This document shows, piece after piece, positions 37,401-48,890 of a stretch of 64,000 bases of DNA. Numbering within the stretch: the first letter of the stretch is position 1; the number at the start of each line of letters is the position of its first letter. This stretch comes from Isurus oxyrinchus (taxonomy: Eukaryota), in the NCBI GenBank assembly GCA_026770705.1, contig JANJGN010000071.1:1240001-1304000 (forward strand), written 5' to 3'. The notes beneath the pieces are model-generated. The model did not search any database. It was not told where the DNA came from and saw only the letters and a program-made list of their open reading frames with translations. A program made the position numbers and the translations under genes.

Positions 37401-38832
37401 GACCCTCCGACAGTGCAACACTTCCACAGTACTGACCCTGTAACAATGCAGCACTTCCTCAGTACTGACCTCCGACAGTATAGCACTCACTCAGTACTGT
37501 CCCTCCAATAGTGCAACACTTCCACACTACTGACCCTCTGACAGTGCAGCACTCCCTCAGCACGGAGTGTTGACCGACGTTATGGGACTGAATTCCCTGG
37601 AGTGAGACTCAGACCAGAGATTTAGGTAGGGTTGTTCCGGCTGGAGGAGGTTACAGAGATAGGGAGGGTTGTAGAGGCTGTAGGAGGTAACAGAGATAGG
37701 GAGGATTCTAGAGGCTGTAGGAGGTTACAGAGATAGGGAGGGTTGTAGGGGCTGTAGGAGGTTACAGAGATAGGGAGGTGAGTAGGGGCTGTAGGAGGTT
37801 AAAGAGATGGGGGGGTTGTGGGGGCTGGAGGAGGTTACAGAGGTAGGGAGGGTTGTAGAGGCTGGAGGAGGTTACCAAAATAGATACTGTTGTAGGGGCC
37901 ACAGTAGGTTACAGAGATAGGGAGAGTTATAGTGTGGAGAGGACGTTATAGAGTTCATGAGCATTGTAGGGGCTGGAGGAGGTTACAGTGATTCTGAGGG
38001 TCGTGGGGCCTGGAGGAGGTTACAGAGATAGGGAGGGTTGTAGGGTCTGGAGGAGGTTACAGAGATAGGGAGGGTTGTAGGGTCTGGAGCAGGTTACAGA
38101 GATAGGGAGGGTTGTAGGGTCTAGAGGAGTTTACAGTGATCATGAGTGTTGTGGGGCCTGGGGGAGGTTACAGAGATAGGTAGGGTTGTAGGGGCTGGAG
38201 GAGGTTACAGAGATAGGGAGGTTTATAGGGGCTGGAGGAGGTTACAGAGATAGGGAGGGTTGTAGGGGCTGGAGGAGGTTACGGAGATAGGGAGTGTTGT
38301 AGGGGCTGGAGGAGGTAACAGAGATAGGGACAGTTGTAGGGGCTGGAGGAAGTTACAGAGATAGGGAGGGTTGTAGGGGCTGGAGGAGGTTACAGATATA
38401 GGGAGGGTTGTAGCGGCTGGAGAAGGTTACAGAGATAGGGAGGGGTGTAGGAGCTGGAGGAGGTTACAGAGATAGGGAGCGGTGTAGGGGCTGGAGGAGT
38501 TTACAGAGATAGGGAGGGTTGTACGGGCTGGAGGAGGTTACAGAGATAGGGAGTCGCTGAGGAGGGATTGAAAACAAGAATGAGAATTTCAGGGGAAATG
38601 ACAGAAGGAAATGATGTTAAATTCATAGAGGGCGACAATATTAAAGGCACGAACATAATAATATCAAACTGCGGAAGTGACCAGTCTATCTGGGTGGTGG
38701 ACGTAGAGTCATGTGCAAGAAACACCTCACCCAGAGGGACATCTCTTAGCTTACCCTCGACAAGGAGAAGAAGTGACTCAGCTGCAGGGAGAGCAGCAAA
38801 GTCAGAGTGAACAAGACAAGTCGCCATTTCAT
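34306..38832 (-). CDS. HAMP: Hepcidin-family antimicrobial/iron-regulatory peptide precursor, 3 exons, 83 aa (88 aa from the ATG at 38847)
   Basis: Exons 38832-38755, 36874-36818 and 34422-34306, all phase 0 with GT-AG: MKWRLVLFTLTLLLSLQLSHFFSLSR|VDTALGSSTIEKSVDSPDT|GSLLQRQKR-MGRQQLCRFCCNCCNWREPNETCGLCCRY*. Signal peptide, furin site and the 8-Cys CxxCCxCC...CGxCC pattern are all present. Confidence 0.92.
34885..35120. repeat. 33-bp minisatellite in hepcidin intron 2
   Basis: Tandem units; forms the end of the inverted duplication. Confidence 0.9.
35398..35546. mobile_element. Penelope-like short insertion with a 14-bp TSD (tagagaaatgcaag)
   Basis: TSD at 35384-97 and 35547-60; absent from the inverted copy at ~46435. 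Confidence 0.85.
36818..36874 (-). CDS. HAMP: Hepcidin exon 2 (prodomain)
   Basis: ttctttctttttgcag|...ACG|gtaggt; 57 nt, phase 0-0. Confidence 0.85.
37640..38552. repeat. 37-bp minisatellite (ggaggaggttacagagatagggagggttgtaggggct) in hepcidin intron 1
   Basis: More than 20 tandem degenerate units; a reverse-strand piece at 39297-39408. Confidence 0.95.
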
Positions 38833-38847
38833 CTGGGAGCTTCCCAT
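38755..38847 (-). CDS. HAMP: Hepcidin exon 1 (signal peptide)
   Basis: (MGSSQ)MKWRLVLFTLTLLLSLQLSHFFSLSR, then AGG|gtaagc. Confidence 0.85.
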
Positions 38848-38918
38848 CTCTGCCTGTCTCTTCTGATCTTCTGGCTCTGCTTTGATGCTTTGGTTTGTAA
38901 CTAGAGGAGCTTCCTGCT

Positions 38919-39130
38919 CTTATACCTGAAACACTTGAAGGGGACAGCCGCGGGTGGGTTGCTGTGTGGTATCACACCCATTTCTGGATATTGCAGTGTC
39001 GATGTTCCCTGTCCCACTGGCCTGGGACCAGCAGTAAGGTCACTGGGACATTGACTGTCTGGCGCCGAGAACTATCAGTCCCTCCGCAACGCCCTTCACC
39101 TTGTGCAAATATGTGTTCATATTGACGCAA
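38919..39130 (-). promoter_or_regulatory. Hepcidin proximal promoter: TATA, BMP-responsive GGCGCC, C/EBP-like sites
   Basis: TATAAG (minus) at 38919-24; GTCT-GGCGCC at 39057-66; TTGTGCAA at 39101-08; TGACGCAA at 39123-30. Confidence 0.55.
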
Positions 39131-40089
39131 CACAACATAGCAAAAACATAGGGGCTGGTTCTTATGTCGGCAAATCAGGTGAACCGCACGCCCCCTAACC
39201 CCTTACTCCTCTCATTGCTACACTTACTATTTTACAAATTGTGTGCGTTGCTTTTATTTTGGACAAGGGGCCTGGAGGGGGAACTGATTTACATTTTGTA
39301 ACCTCCTCCAGCCCCTACAACACTCCTTATCTCTGTAACCTCCTCCAGCCCCTACAACCCTCCCTATCTCTGTAACCTCCTCCAGCCCCTGTAACCCTCC
39401 CCATCTCTTGAAGGGTTCTCAAAATTTCCAACTGTCAAGGAACCCTGGGTTGGTGAGCGTGACCCCTGACCTCTCCTAGTGCAATTTAGTTAGGGTTTGG
39501 GGGTGGGACAAGGGTAAGGGCATTAGTAGCGTGATTCTCCCTCGTTATGCCGGTTGTTCCCCAGACTTAACTCAGTGTACTTTGTAAGTCTGTATAATCT
39601 CAGTGTCATCCTAATGTTAGAAGTTCATTTGTGACTTCAGTAAACTCAGTTTTTGTCTTGCACCAAAACCAGTTGTCTGCTGCACTTTGTGACAAGCCCC
39701 GAATAAGTCCAAGGTCTAGAACCCAGGGAGTGGGAGCGATTCAGACGGCTCAGAAGTCGCAGGTGAAGCTGACACACACCACCACACCCTACAAGGGGCT
39801 GAATGGCCTCCTCCTGTTCCTGTGTAATGGGCTTCAGTGGCTGAATGGCCTCCTCCTGTTCCTGTATAACGGACATAAGTGGCAGAATGGCCTCCTCCTG
39901 TTTCTGTGTAACAGTCTTGAGGGGGCTGAATGGCCTCCTCCAGTTCCTGTGTAACAGTCTCGAGGGGGCTGAATGGGCCTCTTCCTGTTCCTGTGTAACA
40001 GGCTTGAGGGGGCTGAATGGGCCTCTTCCTGTTCCTGTGTAACAGGCTCAAGGGGCTGAATGGCCTCCTTCTGCACTGTAAACTTGTTG

Positions 40090-41436
40090 TGATACTGTAA
40101 CTGCCTCTTTGGTTTCATTCAGCTGAATCTTCAGCTCTTCAGTCTCTTCCTTGTATCTCTTGCCTTCCTCCTGGAACATTGGACATGGTTGGGTCTTCCC
40201 TGCCAACTGTTTCTTCAGTTTGCTCAGAGCGGCACAGAATTCGCTTTCTTTCTCTTCAGGATTTTCCAGTGGAACCAACTCTGACCTGAGGGACACTTGC
40301 AGCCTGTGAGGATGCTTCAATTCTTCAAACTCATTCCGAGATACACTCTCATATTCCCCCAGCAACTCAGCAACTCCTCCAGTGAAACATTTCAGAGCAG
40401 CTGAGCTTGGTTTTCTGGAACCAGTCTCGGCCCAGAAGACTAGGGCCCTCACCTGTCGCTATGATCACTGGAAGCTGGGCTGTCTGCTGCCTGTAGGACA
40501 CAGGTACTGGGATGAGGTCCTTTCCCTGTATGGATTCTCCAGTGTGTGTCTTCAGCTGATCCATTGTTTGCTCTAAATTCAGCATCTGGGTTCCTTCATT
40601 TAGCTGTTTAAATGTGGGCTCTTCCACCACTGTGTCTGAGGCTCCCGTATCTGCCCCATTACTAGTGGCTGCCCATTCACTTGGGTTGTGATGGTTATAG
40701 GTTCAGTTTTTACCACTGTGACATTGGACAGGGAATAGACATCGGTATCAGCAGCTTCAGGCTCTGTGATATTATTCACTTCCATCATGTTGGTGCACTG
40801 TCTGATGGGCTGTCTCGATTTCACCCTGCATTGCTTTATTACCTGCCCCTTTCTTGTGGCAGTGATGGCATTCTGCCCCCTTGAACCTGCAGGTGTCCAG
40901 TACGTGCTCAATGCCCCCCACATCGAGAACAGGCCAACTTCGGAGTTGCTGCTGAAATACTCCCACGAAGCCTTTTAGTTTCTGGAGCGGCAGAGACTGT
41001 CTCTCGCTTGGCGGCTGTCTCTCTCCCTCTCTCTCCAGTTTGAGCCTCACGCCCGGTGGTTGTTTCCTGTCCCAGCTGAGGACTGGCGCCATGTTGTACA
41101 TCCTGTAAATCTCGCCAGTCTCTCCCAGCACTTTCCATGCCTGGCGCTATTTCCATGGTGCGCTTCAAATCGATGTCGGCTTCTGCGAGTAAACGGCTCT
41201 GAATGGCGTTGGGGTGAACGACACAAACCAATCGGCCCCGCAACATGTCATTGAGTGTGTCTCCGAGGTCCCAGTGCTCAGTCACCTGCTTCCACTTCAC
41301 TGTATAGGTTGCGATGGACTCTCCCTGGGCCCTTACTCTGGAGTTAAACTTAAACCTTTTCATTATTACCCACGGCTTCAGCTGAAAACACATCTTCATG
41401 AGGTCGACTAATTGGTGAAAAGATTTAGAATTGGGT
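40090..41436 (-). mobile_element. Ty3/Gypsy gag-protease fragment, degenerate, no LTR at the 5' junction
   Basis: KSF.QLV.L...PWVI.KRFKFN.R...GESIA...LNDMLR.RLVC; CxxC zinc-knuckle remnants; VNGQP.../PSLLGRDW. Confidence 0.85.
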
Positions 41437-42592
41437 GTAATACACGTCACTGTCTTCAGCTCTGAGACTGTCAATCCTCACCGAACAATTCTTCCCTTCC
41501 AAGTCGCCGATTATTTTAGCACGTCCCACGAATGTGGCCATCCCATAGTTGGGATCTTTGGTATATGTGATGATATATTTCCATCTATACCAATATTTAT
41601 ACCAAGCTCCGTGCAGTGCTGTGTAAGAGTGGGAAGGAAAGTCAAAGCTACACGGAATAACCACACAAGAGCTGCTGATGGCCCTCCGAGGCAGCGCCTT
41701 CATAGACCATTCCTCTGACGTCACTCCTGAAAGGCAACAAGGGAGGGGACTGAACATCAAAAAGCAGAATATTACTTCAATTGAGAGAGTCTACAGAATG
41801 CGGTACAGAGGGATCTGGGTGTCCTTGTACATGAATCACAGAAAGTCAGCATTCAGGAACAGCACGGAATGAGGAAGGCAAGTGGAATGTTGGCCTTTAT
41901 TGCAAAGGGATGGAGTATAAAAGGAGGGAAGTCTTGCTACAACTGTACAGGGCGTTGGTGAGATTGTATCAGGAGCAGTGTGTACAGTTCTGGTCTCCTT
42001 ACTTAGGGAGGGATAGACTCTGCATTGGAGGCAGCTCAGAGGAGGATCACTGGGCTGATTCCTGGGATGAAGGGGGTTTGTCCTGTGAGGAAATGTTGAG
42101 CAGGTTGGGCCCTGTATCCATTGGAGTTTAGAAGAATGAGAGGTGATCTTATTGAAACATATAAGATTCTGAGGTGGTGGGGGGTTTGACAGGGTGGATG
42201 CTGAGGGGATGTTACCCCTTGTGGGGGAATCCTGTGAAGCAATAAGGATGTTTTACTGCATTAAAGGTGCTGTATAAATGCACTGTCATTCCTATTGAAA
42301 CAAGCTCTCTGATGCACAAACAGAAAATGCTGGAAAAACTCAGCAGGTCTGACAGCATCTGTGGAGAGAGAAACAGAGTTGGTGTTTCGAGTCCGTATGA
42401 GACTTTTGCTTTTGCTATATTCTCTGACTTGCTATTCACTCACTCTCTGTGTGATCACTAACCCTGTTCTCTAAAATTAAATGTTCACTTCCTCACTCCA
42501 GGAAAGAATCCAATTCCCTGAGTTCCGATCAGTAATGAATTTGTACCTTGCAGCAAGCTGATGAAGATCAGTATCAGACCGACCTCTCCCAT
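41437..42592 (-). pseudogene. Divergent MAG/Siglec-like gene D: leader exon plus V-set exon truncated at the F strand
   Basis: Leader 42592-42547 MGEVGLILIFISLLQ G|gtacaa. V exon from 41726: GVTSEEW...SCVVIPCSFDFP...HGAWY...GDLEGKNCSV...AEDSDVYY, then gag sequence. Confidence 0.85.
41790..42230 (+). mobile_element. CR1-type LINE 3' fragment
   Basis: EYKRREVLLQLYRALVR..LE.CVQFWSPY-like peptide. Confidence 0.8.
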
Positions 42593-42859
42593 CTTCAGTT
42601 CCTCATCTAAATGGAAATGATAAAGACAGAGACTTTTTCAGAAATTGTCCCCAGCGTTTCTTCCTCAAACAACAACAACTTGTGTTTAAATGGCACCTTT
42701 CAGGGAATTAAACAGCCCCAGGGAATTATCCAATGTCAAGACAAGGAAGGAGAGATTGAGAAGGGACATCGCAAACTGATTCACCAAACACGGCAAAAAT
42801 TCATTGTTCCCTCACTCCCTCTGCTCGGTGTCCAGCTTTTTCTCTCAGTGAGTTTAGTC

Positions 42860-43950
42860 CTCACAATCTCTATCTATCGCACTCTTCTGCTCTATCTCTC
42901 TCTCTCACACACACATTCTCTCTCTAACACTCACAATCTCTCTCTATCACACTCTTCTGCTCTCTCTCTCTCTCTCACACACACACATTCTCTCTCTAAC
43001 ACTCACAATCTCTCTCTATCGCACTCTTCTGCTCTATCTCTCTCTCTCACACACACATTCTCTCTCTAACACTCACAATCTCTCTCTATCACACTCTTCT
43101 GCTCTATCTCTCTCTCTCTCACACACACATTCTCTCTCTAACACTCACAATCTCTCTCTATCACACTCTTCTGCTCTCTCTCTCTCACACACACACACAT
43201 TCTCTCTAACAAACACAATCTCTCTCTATCACACTCTTCTGCTCTCTCTCTCTCTCTCACACACACACATTCTCTCTCTAACACTCACAATCTCTCTCTA
43301 TCGCACTCTTCTGCTCTATCTCTCTCTCTCACACACACATTCTCTCTCTAACACTCACAATCTCTCTCTATCACACTCTTCTGCTCTATCTCTCTCTCTA
43401 TCGCACACACATTCTCTCTCTAACACTCACAATCTCTCTCTATCACACTCTTCTGCTCTATCTCTCTCTCACACACACACACATTCTCTCTCTAACACTC
43501 ACAATCTCTCTCTATCACACTCTTCTGCTCTATCTCTCTCTCTCACACACACACCTTCTCTCTCTAACACTCACAATCTCTCTCTATCACACTCTTCTGC
43601 TCTATCTCTCTCTCACACACACACACATTCTCTCTCTAACACTCACAATCTCTCTCTATCGCACTCTTCTGCTCTCTCTCTCTCTCACACACACACTCTC
43701 TCTCAAACACACACTGTCAGAGGGTCAGTACTGAGGGAGTGCTGCACTGTCAGAGGGTCAGTACTGAGGGAGTGCTGCACTGTCAGAGGGTCAGTACTGA
43801 GGGAGTGCTGCACTGTCAGAGGGTCAGTACTGAGGTAGTGCTGCGCTGTCAGAGGGTCAGTAGTGAGGGAGTGCTGCACTGTCAGAGGGTCAGTACTGAG
43901 GGAGTGCTGCACTGTCAGAGGGTCAGTACTGAGGGAGTGCTGCACTGTCA
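42860..43950. repeat. ~60-bp CT/CA compound tandem repeat followed by a 33-bp minisatellite (43712-43950)
   Basis: Direct inspection. Confidence 0.95.
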
Positions 43951-44720
43951 GAACTGTCGTAATTCAGATGATGTTTGAAATTAGCAACATGCCTCGTGTA
44001 ACATTCTATATCATCAGCTCAATATAACCAGATTAGTCTTGTACGTTTCACTTCACTGCAAATTGTTCATGGTTTCATTTCCTTGTTAACCAGGCTCATG
44101 TGATCACTATTTTTAAATAATGTTTGTTATTTGGAACAAGGGGCCATGCCTGAACAGATAACTGTAGGATCAAGCAGCTGGGTTTTTTCTTGAACCTTAC
44201 TTCATTCTGTTGTTTGCTGCTGGACATGAGATCATTAATGTGTGAATGTAGAATCGAAGTCACCTCAGTGAACAGCAGCATTGGTTGAACAGCCTGATCT
44301 GCAATAAGAACTGCTGAACACAATGTCCATTCAGAACAGCTCGGTCCCCGATCAGAGAAACAGCCTCAGACAGAACCAACTGACGCTGGAATCCATACAA
44401 TTCATCAACGTGTTGGGAGTTAGTTTGATGTCGGAGATGGAGTGTTACTGGGAAGGAGGGAACCCGTCAGGATGAACAGCTCGATGTACGACAAGGAAAG
44501 GATGAGCTAAGAGGGGTTGGTCACGGACAGACGGAGCGTGTGAAGACTCAACAAGCTAATGGCAGGTGAAGAGCTGGAAAGGTGTCTTTTCAACACAAGG
44601 TTTAGACACAGAACTCGATGTTTGATCGGGTATTTCAAACCAGAGAAACTCTTTACAGGGTGAATGGACCTTGTCAATAATCCATCCAGCCAACCTCGCC
44701 TGGAGATTAGTCCAATATTA

Positions 44721-46915
44721 GACACTAAACCGAGACCCCCGTCTGCCCTCTCGGGCGGGTGTGAAAGATCCCACAGCCACTATTTGGAGGAAGAGCAGGG
44801 GGAGTTCTCCCCGGTGTCCTGGGACCAATATTTATCCCTCACCCAACATCACCAAAAAGCAGATGATCTAGGCCATGATCACATTGCTATTTGTGGGATC
44901 TTGCTGTGCACAAATCAGCTGCCACATTTCCTACAGTGTGAGTGCACTTCAAAAACATCCTTCAGTGGCTGTGAAATGCTTTGGGATGTGGTGAAAGGCG
45001 TTAGAGAAATGCAAGTCTGTCCTCCTCCCCCTCTCTCTCCTGTACCTCTCTCTCTCTCTCTCCCTCTCCCTCAATCCTCCTCTCACTTTCTCCCTGATAA
45101 ATTCTTTCTTTTTGCAGGTTGACACTGCTTTAGGTTCTTCGACGATTGAGAAATCTGTGGATTCCCCGGACACGGTAGGTGGAAATTCATTCCTTATTTT
45201 AAGGTTTCTCCCTGCTCGTTTCTTCCACAGAAAGTTTTCTGATTTCAAGCTGATTTCAGTGGCAGTCTGTCTCGGTTATACTCAGGAGGCATGTTTGAAA
45301 TCGAGCCCCCCCCAACTTTTTTTTGCAAAGCTGGGAAGAGGCAATTCCAAGGAAGTGAACATATCCCCACAGGAATTTTAAATGTAACCCACGCCGGGAA
45401 TAGTGAGAGGGAGACTGATCCAGCCTGGGAGTGGGTTAAAGAGAGGCTGGGAGTCGAGAGTCGGAGAGAGGGATGGAATGGGGGAGGGAGGGATTGGAAG
45501 AGAGAGACAGAGAGTGGGACGGGGAGGGGTGAAAGGGAAAGAACATAGGTGGGAGAGAGTGACAGAGGGAGAAATTAAAGAAGTGATGCAGAGTGAGGGA
45601 AAGTGAAAAGGGAAGAGAGATTGTCCAAGAGAGAGAAATTAACAGAAAAGGGAGAGTTACAGAGTGAGCGAAAGGTACAAAAATAGTGTGAGAGAGAGGG
45701 AGAGATACAGAGTGGGAGAAGGAGACAGGGGAGAGAGAGGGAGAGAGACAGGAAAAGGGAGAGAGGAGAGAAAGATTGGGAGAGAGGGCAATTGAGAGGA
45801 AGAGTAGGAGAGAGAGAGACAGGGAGAGGAGGAGTGGATGAGAGGAAGAGAGAGAGAGATATGGAGCAGGAGAACACCTCCTCCGGTCCCGATGTTCCTC
45901 CAAAATCTCTGACATTACTGCATCTCCCGGGTCCCCCTGATTCCCATCGCTCCACCATTGGTGGCCGTGCCTTCAGCTGCCTGGGGCCCTGAGCTCCGGA
46001 ATGCCCTCCCTTAACCTCTCTGCCTCTCTCTCTCTCTCTCCTTTAAGACGCTCCTTAAAAACTGACATCTTTGACCAAGCTTTTGGTCACCTAACCCTAA
46101 TATCTCCATATGTGACTCAGTGTTAGACTTCTCTCTGATTTACGCTCCGGTAATGTGGGCGGGGACATTTTGCAATATCAGAGGCGCTGTGTAAATGCAA
46201 GTTGTGAGTGTTATGTGGAAGGGAGACCCCAGGCGGCAGTCAGTGCCAGAGACTGGAGTCATTGCGTGCAGACCATATCTAATCTCTCCGAATGCACAAT
46301 CGGTTTGACTGTCAGCCAAAGCACTTTTGATATTTGATCCTTCTAACTGTTTATAACCAGGCCTACATCAAACACCGAGAGGCTGGTTAATCAACAGACA
46401 CCTTAGAGGATCGAGTGAAAGACAAAGAGGACTTGCATTTCTCTAGCGCCTTCCAACACATCAGGACGTCCCAAAGTGTTTCGCAGACAATCAAGTGGTT
46501 TTTTTCTTTCATGTGAGGTCACTGATGTACTGTGGGAAAAGAATCAGCCATTGGCGCACAGTAAGATCCCACAGACAGCAGCATGATAATGACCAGCGCG
46601 CTCCCAGTACTTGCACTGCAAGTGTCAGTTCAGGATGTGTGCTGGATTCTCTGCAACTCTCAGCTCTGAGTTAAAAGGACCACCAGGCATAATTGAGAAA
46701 TTACCGAGCTGTCGGAGGGTCAGTACCGGCGGGGGGGCAGGACAGTCGGAGGGTCAGTACTGAGGGGGTGCTGCATTGTCAGACGGTCAGTCTTGGAGTG
46801 CTGCACTGTCAGAGGGTCAGTACCGGCGGGGGACTGCACAGTCGGAGGGTCAGTACTGAGGGGGTGCTGCATTGTCAGACGGTCAGTACTGAGGGAGTGC
46901 TGCACTGTCAGAGGG
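44721..46915 (+). pseudogene. Inverted partial duplicate of the hepcidin gene (intron 1 end, exon 2 at 45118-45174, intron 2)
   Basis: Reverse complement of ~34885-37270; exon 2 identical with intact splice sites; exons 1 and 3 not seen. Confidence 0.9.
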
Positions 46916-47404
46916 TCAGGGCTAAGGGAGTGCTGCACTGATGGAGGGTCAGTACTGAGTGAGTGCTGCACTGTCAGAGGGTCAGTGCTAAGGGATTGCT
47001 GCACTGTTGGAGGGTCAGTACTGAGTGAGCGCTGCACTGATGGAGGGTCAGTTCCGAGGGAGTGCTGCACTGTCAGAGGGTCAGTGCTAAGGAAGTGCTG
47101 CACTGTCAGAGGGTCAGTGCTAAGGAAGTGCTGCACTGTACAGAGGGAGTGTGAGACTGACAGAGGGTCAGTAATGAGGGAGTGTGAGACTGACAGAGGG
47201 TCACTATTGAGGATGTGCTGCACAGTCGGGGGGGTCAGTACTGAGGGAGCACTGCACTGCCATAGGTGGTTTCTTTCAGATGACATGAGAGAGAGGGTTA
47301 AACCCACTGAGACAAGACTGACACTAATGAGGCTGCTCAATAATTTAACCCTATCAGTGCCAGTAAATAATGTGAGGATGTCTTCTGTTTCCATTTCTCT
47401 GTAG

Positions 47405-47653
47405 GGTAAACAGAACGTGCTGATTACTGAGCCCCGGAACACAACCAGAGACACAACTAGTGAGGGGGAGACCCCAGCTCCCCGGGGTCTCTCTGAAGGT
47501 GCATTGGGAGGCGATGCTGGACATTGGCACATCGACAATCCCAACGGCCTTCTCTACGCCAATCCCCAAGTATTGAGGATGTCCAGTGATGATGGGTCTG
47601 TCCACAGGGAAGAGGAGACGGAATACGCACAGATCAGGTTCGAGCATAACTGA
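47405..47653 (+). CDS. Siglec-like terminal cytoplasmic exon (copy 2): LLYANP and TEYAQI (ITSM-like)
   Basis: Open phase-0 frame GKQNVLITEP...EETEYAQIRFEHN*; AATAAA at 48185; no upstream TM exon found. Confidence 0.75.
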   Translation, partial: GKQNVLITEPRNTTRDTTSEGETPAPRGLSEGALGGDAGHWHIDNPNGLLYANPQVLRMSSDDGSVHREEETEYAQIRFEHN

Positions 47654-47850
47654 ATGAGAAATGGGGAGTGAGAGTGAGGAGGTGTGGGGGTGGGGGTAGT
47701 GATTGAGATTCCTGGGAACAGGAAACAACCCACCGGGGGACAGGGGGAGAGAGGGAGGAAGGGATGCGATTGGGCTGCGGTTGGTGTGGTTTGGAATGAA
47801 ATGCTTCTCCAGAGAGGACTGGATGCTGAGCCACTGGGGATAGAGATTCA

Positions 47851-47889
<39 letters not shown>

Positions 47890-48229
47890 TCTTTGTCTTT
47901 CTTTCTGTGTCTGTCACTCATTCTCTATCTCCAGCTCCTCCTTTAAGATGCCCGTTAATAACTGACTTTGTTGACTCAGCTGTTGGTCTCCTGTCCCTTA
48001 TATCTCCTCATGTGCCTCAGAGTCAGGTGAAGATGTGACTAACAATTCCCGGATGAGCCTTGGGACATTTTGCTACATTAAAGGTGCTATATAAATGCAA
48101 GTAGTTGCAGTAAGTCTGATCTGCTTCGATTAACAATGGAACCACAAAGGCTCCTTCGACAGGGCGTGTGTGCAGGAGGATCCCAATAAATACATTGAGC
48201 TGTGAGATTTTTAATTCTTACATCGAATG

Positions 48230-48680
48230 TGGCTGTCACTGGTGATGCCAGCATTAATGCCCATCCCTAATTGCCCTTGAGAAGGTGGTGGTGATCAGCC
48301 TTCTTGACCCACTGCAGTCCATGTGGTGTAGGTACACCCACAGTGCTGTTAGGGAGGGAGTTCCAGGATTTTGACCCAGTGACAGTGAAGGAACGATGAT
48401 ATATTTCCAAGTCAGGATGGTGAGTGGCTTGGAGGGGAACTTCCAGGTGGTGGTGTTCCCATGTGTCTGCTGCCCTTGTCCTTCTAGATGGTAGAGGTCG
48501 TGGGTTTGGAAGGTGCTGTTGAAGGAGCCTTGCTGAGTTGCTGCAGTGCATCTTGTAGATGGTACACACACTGCTTCCACTGTGTGTTCGTTGTGGAGGG
48601 AGTGAATGTTTAATGTGGTGGATGGGGTGTAGATCAATCGGGCTGCTTTGTCCTGGATGGTGTCAAGCTTCTTGATTCTG
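48230..48680 (-). mobile_element. LINE 3' fragment
   Basis: Same family as 14670-15200. Confidence 0.75.
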
Positions 48681-48808
48681 TGCTTTGTATAGAACTGATT
48701 TAAAGAGACAGTCCCAGTCGTTGGTCTAAGATTACAGTGGGCTCTGTGTCTGTGCTACACTGACTCTCTGCTATATGATAACCACAGTGTGATATTTTGT
48801 TATTACAG

Positions 48809-48890
48809 GAGAAAGACAGCGATGGAGGAGAGAGTTTCAGGGACCAGTGACATTGTATTGACCCCCAGTCCACTCTCTGTGAAGCACCAG
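48809..48890 (+). CDS. Membrane-proximal cytoplasmic exon (R)RKTAMEERVSGTSDIVLTPSPLSVKHQ
   Basis: tattacag acceptor and CAG|gtacag donor; 82 nt, phase 2-0, compatible with exon 50339; basic RRK start as expected after a TM helix. Confidence 0.65.

Noticed and set aside
38501-38827. ORF MATCLVHSDF... as the first exon
   Set aside because: Wrong frame; the MKWRLVLF frame gives a proper signal peptide and the phase-0 donor matching exon 2.
38981-38990. STAT3 site in the hepcidin promoter
   Set aside because: tttctggata does not fit TTCnnnGAA.
41437-42592. Calling gene D the MAG orthologue
   Set aside because: Similarity is motif-level only and the gene is truncated; true MAG is usually much more conserved.
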